From Eremomyces bilateralis CBS 781.70 (taxonomy: Eukaryota): 64,000 nt of DNA. The stretch is taken from NCBI GenBank assembly GCA_010015585.1, contig ML975175.1; one strand, written 5' to 3'. The notes beneath the pieces are model-generated. The model was not told the origin of the DNA, made no database searches, and saw nothing but the letters and a program-made list of their open reading frames with translations. Made by a program: the position numbers and the translations under genes. How positions within the stretch are numbered: the stretch's first letter is position 1; each line of letters begins with the position of its first letter. This document shows, in pieces, positions 1-12,702 of the stretch.

Positions 1-2539
1 GTCCCTGATCGACGGGGCGTTGCCGCTGACGGGGGAATTGTTGCTCTGCGAGCGGGTGCTGGAGGCGTGGCCGTTAGTGCTCTGCGGTGGCGGGGGGAGA
101 GGCGGGAGGCCGCCTTTGCCGAGCCCTTTGAGGATGGAGCGGGTTTCGGAGAGGAGATGGTGGGCGCGTTCGTGTTGCCCGCGGGAAATGAGGGTGAGGG
201 CACGGGTAAGCATATCAGAGGTGAGGAGTTCCATGCGGCGTTGGACGACGAAGGGGTGAGGTGGGATGGGGGGCGAGAGAGGGCGAACCAGGGACTTGGT
301 CCGGCTGTTGGACGGGAGCATCGTGATGGTGAGGAGGGACGGTCGGGGGAGATGGGCAACGGTGCCGTCGCGTAGAATGTCACCGTAGACGAGGTCTGCT
401 TGGATCAAGGGGACTTCTTCGACGGAGAGATTGCGCTGGTCCTCGGAATCGAATGGACCTCCAAGAGCCTCCAGGCCAGACACCAAGGATTCCCATGCGT
501 CTTGTGGTGTTTGCTCCGGCGACGCGCTGTCCGGTGCAATCGCAAGTTGTACCAGGATGTCACGCTTGTCGCCAAACCGCAGATCCCCAAGAGCAGCTTC
601 GGCGTCCCTCCCGGTTGCGCGTTTGGTGATGTGCAAGGCGCCGCTGATCTTGACAAACCTTGCAGGCGAACCTTCGGGGAGACGCAGTTTGAGCTTCGCG
701 TTTTGATGCGAAGTCGTCTGCAGGGAGCCCAAGCACCCAGCCACGCATTCGCGAAGCATCATCCAATCTTTGACGTATGTGTACGAGGCTTTGGTTCTCG
801 TTGACAACTCGATCATCGTGTCCGGCTTGTGGGTAAGACCGAGTCCGAACGAGTGGATGGCGACTTTGGCAGCCTCAGCTCGAGAGACCACGAAATCCAC
901 ACTCTCAGGGTCGGAAGTTGATGAATCGCTGATCAAAAGAATGCTCGAGAGAGGGTTGGTGGACTTCCGTTGCATCAAGAGGTCCATTGCGACGTTGGCA
1001 CCCTCGACTACGTCCGCCCGCAAGCTCTTTTGTCCCACCGGTCGAATCGAGTCCAGAATCTTGTTCCAGCCATTCCACGTCTTCCCGGTCATCCCGACCA
1101 ACGGCACGCCGCCTCCGCTTGAACCGAAGGTGACGAGGCCCATACGGTCACGTTCGCCCAGGTTTCCAACGAGGAAGCGGAGAGTGTCGCGGAGGAGGTT
1201 GATCTTGAGGCCTTGCATCGAAGACGAAACCGGAATGACAACCACCAGGTCGAGGGGAACGTGGGGAGAGACGATCATTCGCTGATCGATGGAGCCCATA
1301 CGGGAGTATTCGGTGGGTGCGGTGTGGTAGGATCGGCCACCGCCGTACGAGGAGGAATTGACGGAAGAAACCCGTTTGACTTTGTTGAAGGAATTCCTGT
1401 ACTCGTCCTCGTCGGTTCCAGAGTTTTCTTGGTCATAATCGTTCGACCCTTGTTGTTCTAAGCCATTGAGATCTAACAGAGCCCGCCGCCACATCTCCAG
1501 CTGACCACGATTTTGGAACTTGAGATGGAATGAGGGGAGTTCGGGAACGGAGAGCGCAAGGGTGAGGACAGGTTCGGGCTCGTCTGCACAAGTCAGCGTC
1601 CACTATCAGTATTGGGTTAGAGATGGAGGCCTACCTTGGGAGGCTTGCACGTTTTGTAAATGCTTTCGAATCAAGATCGAGCCCTTCAAGGTGCATTTGG
1701 TCTTCTTCATCACCGAATCCGACCCGTCCCATGTTGGTGGATTAGCGACCTTCTTCTCTTTCACACAGATCAGCATTTCGGTGAATAGGTAGCACTCCAA
1801 ATCCTGCCAAGATTGTCGATCCTTGCCCACGCGGATCTGGCCATGCAGCCTCAATTTTCCGAATCTACAGACATTAGAGAGAAACCTGGAAACTCGATCC
1901 ACGATCCAGTCCATACCTTGAGAAGTCCAGGCCGTGCCAGTGATCGACACGTTTTTGCAATTCGTCCGTGATCGAATCGAGCTCTTCCTGCGATTGGCGT
2001 GGGATAGTCGGGCGTTTGCTTACCGCCGGAGATTTTGGTATTGAGTAGTCTACGCTTGGATGCGTCGGTAGTGGTGGGGCGTGCCGGATGTCTTCTGGGT
2101 CAGGCCGCCATTTCGATTCTGCAACCTCGATCGTGACTAGACACGTTAGGCTCTGTTGCTGGCGGGAGCGGGTTAAGGTCGGAAACTCGCTCCGAACCAT
2201 CACGCTGGGTGGTGCTATCGGGTTCTTGAGTGAGCCGCGAGGGCTGCTGAGACTCGTTTCCATGGATTGGACGTCATAATCGTGCCTTCGCATCGGATTA
2301 TGAGGCTCGGCATAGTCGGAGGAGGCGGTTCCAGTCGCAACACTATCGTTGCGGTAGTGGTTCCTTGATGCCGACCGGTCTAGTGCGATGGGGTTGCTTT
2401 GGCCGCTATCGCGCATACGCGGATCCCGAACTTCGCTTAGTGACTGGCTCGGCCGCAGGTGCGAGTCCGTATCGCCCATCGTCCGATTGTCCCACCCTGG
2501 GTTTGTCATAGCGGATTGCCTACCATCCCGCAGCGGTGG

Positions 2540-2579
<40 letters not shown>

Positions 2580-3339
2580 GACGATCTCATTATCGAGCCT
2601 AATTTCTCTGTTGCCCATGATCAGCTAGATTCCATGTTGGCAATATCGAACGCATCGTACCGAGGTCCAGTACATTTCCCCCTCGACTCGTGTCTAGCCC
2701 TAGAGGCGACTTGCATGTCGGGCAATACTGCGACTCGAATTCGCGGATGTACTCGTAGAAACAAGCTTCATGTGCGACGTGGGCGCAGGACAACTGCAGG
2801 ATCCGCTCGCCGCGGAGGGTGTGTTCCAATGGCTCTTCGCATACGGCGCATTCGGCACCGATAAAGGTCCGATCTCGTCGGGTCCGCGAGCGTTCCTGGT
2901 CTAGAACGCTTGCCATGCCACCTCGTCCCGATCGCGAAGCAGCGGCCGACTTTTTGGCGTGGTATCGGGTAGCTTGGGAGGGTGGGCGGTCGTCGGAGAC
3001 TCGGGAGGAGAGGGAGAGTGGTCGAGAGTCTGAATAAAACATACAAAAAAACTCGAATCAATATCTGAATCAATTGACGCAGCTCACACCAAATTCCAGA
3101 AGCTTGTGGCGAACAACCATTCAGAGCAAAGAAAAGGGGAAGTAAGTACTGTGACTCTCTTCTGTCTTAAACTCCACCGACTTGGAGGGGATCTTGCGAT
3201 TGGAGGTCCCCGATGGTCGAGAGGGACGATCGCGCTCCTTGCTAAGAAGACCGAGGTCGTAGAGGCTGGACTGGACTTCGGAGGCTTGGAGACGTTTCAA
3301 TGTGGACTTGCTGACTCCGTACTCGTTGTGATGCGACAT
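1..3339 (-). CDS. RING-H2 / PH / von Willebrand A domain scaffold protein (Far1/Ste5 family), multi-exon, 3' end outside the window
   Basis: RING CAVCEEPL...SCAHVAHEACFYEY...CPTC (~2700-2860); PH-like FGKLRLHGQIRVGK...ECYLFTEMLICVKEKK (1640-1864); vWA HVPLDLVVVIPVSSSMQGLKINLLRDTLRFLV...MGLVTFG read manually at ~1130-1265. GT-AG introns at ~2608-2660, 1865-1916 and 1584-1634. The 5' exon (3339-3150) is tentative; alternative starts are 3042 or MASVLDQE at ~2916. Confidence 0.8.
2542..2579 (-). repeat. (CAG)n microsatellite encoding a polyglutamine tract
   Basis: Pure GCT/CAG run inside the scaffold gene exon; translated as the poly-Q run followed by PPP. Confidence 0.95.
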
Positions 3340-6300
3340 GTGGAAGGTGAGGTGGCGGGAAGAAGCAATTAGGTGCGTAGTATGAACGGGAGCAACGAGT
3401 ATTTGAGCCGGGGCGAGCAGACGTGGTTCAGTCTTCAGATCGGTTTCAGACTTTCAGTGTTAGCGTTAGCGTTGCAAGATGCGCAACGAAGCGGGTCTTA
3501 CAGCCTACAGGCCCCAGACGGCCCAGAGAAAGGTAGAAGGGGGCGAGCGGGCGGGAACCAAGCAGCACGAGGCGACTCGGGCGAACGCGAGGGGGGCGAA
3601 TATCATTTATGGGAAACCGATAATACCAGAGGGAAAGGTTGGGGTAATCCAGTTAGGTCAAGAGTCAAGAATCAAAAATCAAAAATCAAGACACAGCGGA
3701 GGACGGAGGATAGGACGGTGGGATGGTGGACTCATGGAGTTTGTGGACGGTCGGTGGTAGCAAGTAAGGGGATGAAACCATGGTTTCTGCGATGCTGCAA
3801 CAGAAGGACGGAGGAAAGACACGGAAAAGCATAAAACGGCTTCAGAACAGGACAGATGGAGGAGAATACCGGATGAGGAATACCGGATTCGAACTCGGGG
3901 TCCTTGTCTCCCGGTACAGTACATAGTACCGTAATTAGGATGTGTAGGTACCTTAATAATATGCTAAATATTATACTTGGTACTATTATTATCCTTGCTA
4001 CGTATGTACCTTACCTGTAGGCAAGGAACTAATTATGGTGGTTTTGTTTGCTGGCTAGAGACGGTCAATCAACAATTCAACATGCCTTACTCCTTACTCC
4101 TTATTAGACCTTACTGGCAAGTAACGACTTATTTTTACGAGAGTTGCGGGGACTTCGTACGGAACAATCAGAAGAGGTGGTGTCGTTTTGCCTTCGCGAT
4201 TTTGCCATTGGCCATCCACGTTGGTGGCTCCAGCAACATAATGGTGGTGGAGGGGCGAGACCTGAGTCAGTGTCAGTACCAGAGACCAGAAGACCCGCCA
4301 GAGACACTGGGGCCCCTGCCAGTTCAGGCACCCCTCCCCTGCCCATCCAGGCACCCCATGTCCACTCACCAGGGCCTCGACAGGGAGACAGGGGCAGTTG
4401 GACAGGGAGTGTCTGGTGCTCAAGTCCCTACTGTAAACTGTACCTGTACAAAGTTCAACTGCTCATCAGCTCATGCCTCCAGTCTCCACATTCCACTCCG
4501 CGCTTCTTCTGTCACCTTTCCCGTTTCCTGCCACCATCCAATATGCAGGATCCGGCAACCAGCAGGCACCTGCCACCTGCCACCTGGGAACGGGAGTTTC
4601 GAACGGGAATGTACCAGATCACCAGCACCATGTGTAAACTCACCCCTAGCTCTCGTCCAAACGGTACCCGTCCGAACTATTGAGATACCCACAGGCCACA
4701 TTAGCTTTGGAGACTGCGGACCTCATCGCGATTCGCTTCTGTCATATTCTTGTCCAACTAGTGCGAACTTTGGTTGAGGGCTTGGGGCTAGTAACTCCGC
4801 GTGTTGGTGGTTGGGACTTTTGGAGTAAGTGTCAAGATACCTTATCAAACTAGCAACGAACAATCTCTGCTGGGTAGGGACATGGTCTCGAGAGTCGAGC
4901 TCCTCTGCGAGTCTACATGAAGTCTCCTACCTCCAAGAGTCCGACCAGGTTGTCTTAAGGCTCGAGCAGCTAAGATCAACCATTGATACATATTCCATAT
5001 CATGGCCGGTGTTTTCCGTTGCCCATATTCCGATGTCTTCTCCAGCATCCGTGCTAATCTAACGTGTGCCCTAGGAATAGGATTGGCTAATTCGTTAACG
5101 CTGTCAGTGTCGACGGATTCTCGTGCTTGGATAATAGACCCTCTCGGATATGGGGAAATGGGGAAAGCATGGCGATCGAATATTGACCCATTCGCTCATC
5201 GTTCGTTAGCTATGGTGCCAGTGCGTGCCGTAGCGTGTCCATGAGAGGCTGAGAGCGTGGTCGTCTGGTCAATGCATCACGGGCCATGGGGAATGGGCCA
5301 CAATTCACCAATCGCACAAGGCTGGGAGCCTGGGGGCTGGGACCAATGCCTAGCAGCCTTGGAACAGTGGCGCCAGCTTCCACGAGCCTCGGGCTTCACT
5401 TGACGCCGGATCCATGGCATGATACTTCCACCTTCCTCGATCCTTCGACGTCCAGCGGAAAGTTACATTGTCGAGTGGAGGTGCCTGATGGACAGGGCAT
5501 CATGAGGACAGGGCTTGTGGCAACGGCGGCCCGTCCAAGCATCTCCCATGCGGGATATCATACAGTACCAGTGACCAGACCATATCTGCTGCACGGTCAA
5601 GCAGATGGTCCCTTAGGAAACCAACATTATAGTCCCAGCGATCCTTATGTCGTTCAGGACTTCAGGCATGGCCTTATTTATTGGCACTCCTGTACCGATG
5701 CCAATATGCTTGGCGGGGAGTAGATCAGAACCTTGGACTTCCGAAAGAAGCTGGTTCCGGAGGTCGACGATTCGGAATATGGCTGATCAACGACGTTTTT
5801 CCCCAGACGGGAGATCGGACATGTGCATTGTTGAAGAAATCAGTTTAGATGGCGTGGCACGGTGCAGCGGAGCCGAGCATCCGTCAAATTCAATGTTCAA
5901 CTCTTTGCTCTGCACTCTTCAATGATTCAATCATCGACGAGTGAGGGGTTTCAGGCCCGACATCCCATCAGACGCGCTGCAAAATTCATTTCTAGTGCTT
6001 CATTGGATGACGGTCTCTCGGGTTCAATTCACCTGGCTGACAATTTCATGAGAGAAGCGCGAGAAGACGCTCAGAACCAAAATGACCATGCCCATCATTG
6101 GCTCTTCCAATTCGTTGATGCAAGCTCATCTCAATGAGTGAGGTCAGCCGATACGCGCATACACCTTTTTCCAAGGCATCGTGGCTGTGCAGGTTGGGCA
6201 TGTACGTAGTACGGATTCCCATGGCAATTCCGTGATTTTAAGGTTCCAAGCTCCGAACCCGACGGATTTTGAACGAGCGTGGACTCGCACAAGTCTCCCG

Positions 6301-9300
6301 GGCGATGTGAAAGCGTAATGGGATTCGTACAAGCTCCACGGAATCCGTGTAAAACTCGCCTCCAGCAGATCACGATAGGCGGAGCAACCGACTACAGTAC
6401 AAGACCAACAAGTACCTTTGTTGTAGTCGCTGGTCGCTCTGCATGTCGATGCATGATGCTGCAACATCTGCTGCGTACTGCAGGCTCGGCGCTTCGCCGA
6501 CCAGTTCCCGAACCACACTCGCTTTCGGATCTACCATAGCGATGCTGGATATCGCAGATCCTTATACCCGGGAGGAAGTTGAAAAGTTCTTCTCTCCAGA
6601 TCATCGGGCTCATTTGCGAGCTCTTCTGCACAGCCGAGATTTTGAGGCACGATATTGGATCTTCCAAGTTCAAAACCTACATCCTGTTCAATTCGGATTG
6701 GTGGCTTCCCCTTGGGTTTCCGAGTTCCTTGTCAGAGGCTGGCTTCATCTGTACAAGGGATTCGGTCACATTCAGTCCCATCATTGGCGTTCTTGGGTGC
6801 GATTCCAAGCGGAACAGAAGAAGGAAGAGATTACCGAAGCCAGAAACCTCGTGCATCGTTGCCATGTTCCTAAGTTTGGTCCTTTACTACCGAATATTTC
6901 TTCCACGTTGATGAAAGTTCGGTTCTCCGCTTACCTTGGTTGTGGAAAGCGAAATTCCTTCCGCCGAGAGTAAAACGAGTCCGAAGAGGTCAGTTGCCAT
7001 CCTTGATGCCATGCCCGCCATGAACGCCACAGGGAAACGCGAAATTGGATCCGTTCTACTGGCTCATAAAACTCGGTTCAGGACTTCAATCAGTAGTAGA
7101 ACTGCCACTTCTCCTTTTCTCAAACCTTCCAGAGTAAGGGCGTCGTCAGGGAGATCTCCCTTCCAGCCTTCCAAGTTCCAGCCTTGTTACTACCAGCCGT
7201 CCAGTAATTACGAATCATCTCCCCCGTGAGCACGTGGAAATCGAACCTATAGTCCGTCCTAGTCACCTATTTAGTCCATGTCAGGACTCAGGACGGCCTA
7301 CCACGACCGTCCAGCTTTAGGTTGGAATTTGAAGGCTTGCTCCATGCATGCATTCAGTGGCCCATTGAGATATCGATGCTATCAGGAACGAAAAATCCTC
7401 TGATTTCTGAAGGAGAATGGTAGGCTCGTGCTAGTGTTGCACGGGAAGAGTTCTTTGACTGCTCCTCGTGCTCACTAATTGCCTTCTCGACATGCACCTA
7501 AGGCTCATCTTGAACCAATTGAGCGGTATTTAACCCACCTCTGTTCCAACGTCCTTCGAGAAATATTGGATTGGCTCCAATCAGAAACCATTGTTGCGGA
7601 ATGCGGACGGCATGCAGCATGCAGCACAGCATCCGTCTTGTGAAGTGTGAAGTGTAAAAGGCGGAACACCCCTGTTCATATTTCATAGTCTTTGGTCTGT
7701 TCTGGGTCCTGATACGGCAAGGATCTGCACTTACAACGGTTGACGTCTGGTAGTCTGGGGTTAGTACTCAGCTAGCTGCGAGTATGTATCGTGCAAGACT
7801 AGTTCTGTGTTTGGAGATGGGGTTGTACGGAGGCGGGTAAGCACGTTCAGTGCCAGGACTGACGACAGGGACCCGAGGCATCTGTATGCAGCTAAAGTGC
7901 GGTGATTTAGTCTTCAAGTAGTATTCCGTACTTGATATCGAGTATGTGGTTGGATAAACGGATCGTGTGCGCTGAGTTGTACGGAACTGAATACTTGCAG
8001 CACGATCAGGGTGTGTGCGCCATATATCTGAAATCGATGAGGTAGGGGTGGTTCAGTCTCATGAGATTAAACAGAAAGGCCACTGGTCATTAGCTAATAA
8101 GTGGTTGTCGTCCACGTTCATACGTTAATATTGAGAGATGTTGGAATAATGAATATTAGGGATCAGTCAATCGGACTATGCTCTCCTGCACACTACTGAA
8201 GCAGGTCTGACTGCAACTTTAGCACTCAGCGCCAATTCTTACTGCCGCCTTACAGGCAGTACACGGAAATAACTGTGGTTTTCCTTTTCTCCTCACCGAT
8301 CCTGATTCGGAGATCTCGACAACTATCCGGTAGCATAGTTAGAAGATCGAACATGTTCGCTTCCTCCCGTCCATCATGCGACTTTTAACGTGGGAAGTGG
8401 TGACAGGAAAAAGCAAGTCCCGAAAACGATGGGCTCACGCCCACTCAAGTGTCAGAACACACAAGCCTCGTATAATAATGACACCAGGTTAAGAAATAGT
8501 CATTTGATCATCTACCATTGCCAGCCAAAAGTAAATGGCCTAACTGCGCACCGTATGAGGCTTTTGGCTGGTCCAAGCTTCGCTTAGCCAAACTCTATAG
8601 CGAAAGCCATATAGTTAGTAATTGAAAACTTATGACGGCGCAACACTGAGCCTAGGGCATGGATCGTGTAGATCAGCGGAGTGCACTGCGAAACTATGAC
8701 AGAATATGAAGTCGACTCGTGACCAACCAGTGGTGAATCCGCTGCCTGTAATTTCGGGACCGAAAGTCTGTTCCGAATATCCCATTGCCCAAGCTCTTTT
8801 ACCTTTCAAACGGTAGCGTTTCTAGAGGTAACCTTCTCTTGAGAAACGGTTGTTTCATTGAAGTCTTTTGAAACGATGGCATCCCTGAGTACCGCTCCGT
8901 GGAGGTAGTACCTTGGATACCGAGATACAAGAGATCTCTGACACGCGCTCTGAATTGCGGTGTGAAGCATCGAAATATCTCTTCCTGAATAAACGGTACT
9001 TATACTGACTTTCGGATAGCCTTGGCCTAGGAATTGAGTAGAATGGCATGAATTCTACGCTCCATGAATCACGATCGACAACGCAACCGTTTCATGTTCA
9101 CTGAATCCAGTGAACAGTGAAAGCCTTTTTCTTGCCGTAATGCCACCGACTTCGTGGCCTGACCCTCCTCATAGATTGTAACCCTTTCGGCTTTGAGATT
9201 GAGATTGGGCCAGCTTCATCCAGAGGGGAAAAATTGGAGGTTCTGGATTAAAACCCATGAAAATATCTCAATTGTCACTTTCTTTTCGCCTGATGTTCAC

Positions 9301-9504
9301 CCTCTTGGGTATACCTTATCCTCCCTTTGATTAGGCATGTTGATGATTTTACGACGACTCTCCGTTAACCTAGGTTGGAGGAGGACGTTAACGGTAACGG
9401 ACCATCAATTTTCTTCCACCCCGGATGCTTTCTTCTGGAGTGTCCGAGCCAGATCTTCTCTTTCATCATCGACCATCCACTCACGCGTTGTGCTCGTTTT
9501 TCAT

Positions 9505-9887
9505 AAATGGGTTTCTCATAGGGTCGTATCATCGTAAAGGAAGAGTTGTCTCGACAGCACCCAAATAGCTCAGGCTTAGCCATTGAGGTGAGCCCCTGGA
9601 ATCCCCTTGCCGTATTACCTTGTTGACATAGTTAGGCTGCCTTGCTACCAACGAGATGTTCCAAAACCAGACTTTCCTGCACGCGACTTGTCTGTTGCAG
9701 TCGCGTGTTCAAACTCCATATGGGGTTCGCCACCGTTGCTGACACAATGACGGTGGTAGCAGCGGAGCTGATATGAATTACTGCTGCATCTTCCTCGCAT
9801 TCCAGTGTTTCGGATACCAAGCTCTTACAACTTACAGCTTCCATCTAGCATAGACCAATAACTCTTGGCCCAATTCCCCGACAGAGG
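9505..9887 (-). pseudogene. Degenerate fragment of a Rim2-like mitochondrial carrier (SLC25 pyrimidine nucleotide carrier)
   Basis: Manual translation SLCRGIGPRVIGLC*...IHISSAATTVIVSATVANPIWSLNTRLQ...(frameshift)VNKVIRQGDSRG...LSLSYLGAVETTL resembles carrier repeat 2 of Rim2 (LFKGLGPNL..., NPIWLVKTRLQ, LSASYLG..E.TL); contains stops and a frameshift. Confidence 0.65.
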
Positions 9888-10906
9888 CTCTGTTAGGCTT
9901 CAGCGCGTTGAATGGAGAGTGGAATTTAGAAGGAACGTCCGGCGGGCATGGTCGAGATGGGGATTGATACACCTTTGATGGGGCGGAACGGAGGGTTGCG
10001 ACCGATATGAGTCGGTCTGTAACCCAGTTCTGAGAACGTTAAAGGCGGTATCAGAACTCCAGTTGCCACCCCCTCTGTCGTGATGGTAGAACCGTTAGTA
10101 GGGCAGGCAGATGAGCGCGTTGACCGAGTGGTTGACGAGTGTCGAAGAGTTGATAACCAACCGAGGTTCAAAACGGGGGCTCGCAAGACCTGAAAGGAAA
10201 GGACCCGAAAGAAAAGTATCCATGGGAAATGCGACGAGACTGGATTTAGCATTGGCCTGATTCCGCCGACGATAGTGAATTGCTTGTCCTTCAGCGATCC
10301 GCGGACCAAAAGCGAATGGAAGATCTCGAAGACGGGCTTGCGGCATCGGACCAAACGCAAGACGAAATGATATTGGTGTTCGTAGAACTGATGGAGTTAC
10401 TTGCTTCCGACATCCACCACCTCCTGGGTGAATTTCAAAGCTGTGCTAATAAACGGGTAACTAATGAATGACTTATTAAGGAAACCACAGCGCCGCCCGT
10501 GAAGCACACACTCTTCGGGGATTAGGGCGTATCGAAGCGAAGAGGGTCCGTATCGAGTGATCTCAACTCAGTTACGTCTTGCAAGTGCCTTCTAGCCAAG
10601 TCAAGTTTCTAGACCACTACATTCACTATGGAGACTGGGTGGGATCCTGTATTATTACTGATTCAATCGTCGTGGGATACTGAGCAGCATTGTCAATTGT
10701 CATATTCCTCATTATGCTATACATTAATATTTGGCCCCGATGGCATATACCGTCCGCGGAACTTTCATATCAATCCATCCAGATTGCCATTCCCGTTTCC
10801 TTGGATCCGTCATACTGCCATCGGGCAGATTGATCCCCCATACGCCGAATTGCGAACCCATTTTATTTCCTCCCAAATATCATATTAACAGGCTAGAAAT
10901 GCTGTC

Positions 10907-11755
10907 TCAAATCCCCGTCCAAACTATTCCTGCTACCCCCAAGAGCGGGACCCAGCCTAGGGCCAAGTTCGCCCCTCCATCAGTCTGGACTGCCGGATTG
11001 GTAGTCTGACTGGAGCCGCCTCCAGCCGTTGCTGCGGTATTGGTTTCGCTGCCTGAACCACTTCCACCCTCGGAACCCCTTGACCCCCCCGACCCTCCCG
11101 AACCCCCCGAACCCCCCGAACCCCCCGAACCTCCTGAGCTCGTTGGACTAGGACCCTCCTCTGTCTGACTATGAGCAGGGACGTTACCTGCAGTCGGTGG
11201 GATGTCACCACCACTTCCACCGCCCACCCCTTCGGTATTCGCTGGCGGTTTCGGCCCGTCCAACGTCGGCACCGGTCTCTCCGTATGGATAATAAAGAGG
11301 GTCCCGGTTATCGCGGTTTGCAAGCTTTCCAGGTGTGGCATCGGTTGGGCAATCGGGATCTTGGTACTGGTTGGTTCGATTACAGGGCTCGGGGGGTCCG
11401 GCTCTAGTTCCGGGCTTGAGGTTGGCGGCGGGTTCGGACGGTCGAGCGTAGGGAGTGGGATTTCGGTGTGCATGGAGGCGGGCTCTGTGGAAATGCCAGG
11501 GGAGGGAGAGGGGGAGGGGGATGTGTGTAGGTCGGAGGTGGGGATTGAGGTGGGAGTAGGAGACGGGGTAATCGTCGCATTTGATGTCAACATATAGTTG
11601 CCTGAAGGGGTTAGCTGGTTATTCACGAGGGAGGAAGATTGAGGAGTTAGCAACATACGCTTATCTTGTGGCATGGCAAAGACAGGGTCGTAGCAAGAGG
11701 CTGCGAAGAGGAGTACCGCCAGCCCTGATATGTCGAAGCGTATTGACCGCATCAT
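10907..11755 (-). CDS. Secreted Ser/Thr/Pro-rich, probably GPI-anchored cell-surface protein
   Basis: Hydrophobic signal peptide (ISGLAVLLFAASC), KR site, P/S/T-rich body, (GGS)n linker from 9-bp repeats at ~11085-11135, and a C-terminal DGGA omega-like site followed by a hydrophobic tail (LALGWVPLLGVAGIVWTGI). Confidence 0.8.
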   Translation of the reverse strand: MMRSIRFDISGLAVLLFAASCYDPVFAMPQDKRMLLTPQSSSLVNNQLTPSGNYMLTSNATITPSPTPTSIPTSDLHTSPSPSPSPGISTEPASMHTEIPLPTLDRPNPPPTSSPELEPDPPSPVIEPTSTKIPIAQPMPHLESLQTAITGTLFIIHTERPVPTLDGPKPPANTEGVGGGSGGDIPPTAGNVPAHSQTEEGPSPTSSGGSGGSGGSGGSGGSGGSRGSEGGSGSGSETNTAATAGGGSSQTTNPAVQTDGGANLALGWVPLLGVAGIVWTGI

Positions 11756-12702
11756 GGCTCAGGTATATGAATATGCGAACGCCTCAAAAGGCCCAACACG
11801 GGAAAAACCGTCTTCTCCTTTTCGGTCGCTGTCAAATCTCATGCAAACTTCAATGTCGAGCTTCAAGAATTGCGTTGGCGCAAGCATCGGACCCCGCAAT
11901 TGTCGAAAAGGAGACCGCTTCCAAGACCGGATCTTCCCAACCTCAACAAACGTAACCCTGACTATCTGAACGAGCGTGCAAGCGAATGACAAAAATACAA
12001 TTGAGCGAGTGGCAAAGTTTGACAAACCGGAAATCTATCGACTGTAAAGTGTCGGAGAAGCAGGATTAATATTGATGATGTCGAAAAGCAGAGTAGAGCT
12101 GAATGGAAGTGTGGCTTAGAGGAAATACGAGGTCGCCCAGATCAGGTTCCACATGCTGGACGAGGTGGACGACTGGACGATGATCCATTCAACATCTTTC
12201 CTGTTTCTGCGGGTTTCCCGATGGTTGGCTTATTCGGGTTACTACGTAGTACTGTACAGCCGCACCGAGGACGACGGTCACCAGGTGGTGGGTGCTTGAA
12301 ATAGCACAGCGATAGGACGAGGGTTGGTGAACTATTCCTTGCTAGGCGGGCGACGATCCAATGGCCTGGGGCTCGGACTTCTTCCATGCTGACCCGATGT
12401 CGAAATTCGTTGAACAGAACGGTACCAGTATCATGGCTCTGGATTTTGGGGGCTCAGAAAGCCGAAAGAATATCTACGTAAATAGTAGATAGTGTCAGTG
12501 GACAAGGCACTGGAGAGTTCATAGGGAAAAGCCAATAAGCCATGTCGAATGTCATGTGATTTATATGCTCGTACTCCTCACCACTTGTAGTTAATATAAT
12601 ATAGTGAAAAATGGCGACAATAGGTGAGCGCTGAAAGGCGAAGAATTTAACATTTCTTATTATTATACCCAATATCTCTTTGAAGCTTATTGAAGTACGA
12701 CA

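Noticed and set aside
3977..4777. 266-aa ORF (+) and overlapping ORFs
   Set aside because: Non-ATG start, no recognisable motifs, promoter-like composition upstream of the scaffold gene
6443..6973. 176-aa ORF (+)
   Set aside because: Somewhat protein-like, but I could support no family, splice structure or motif
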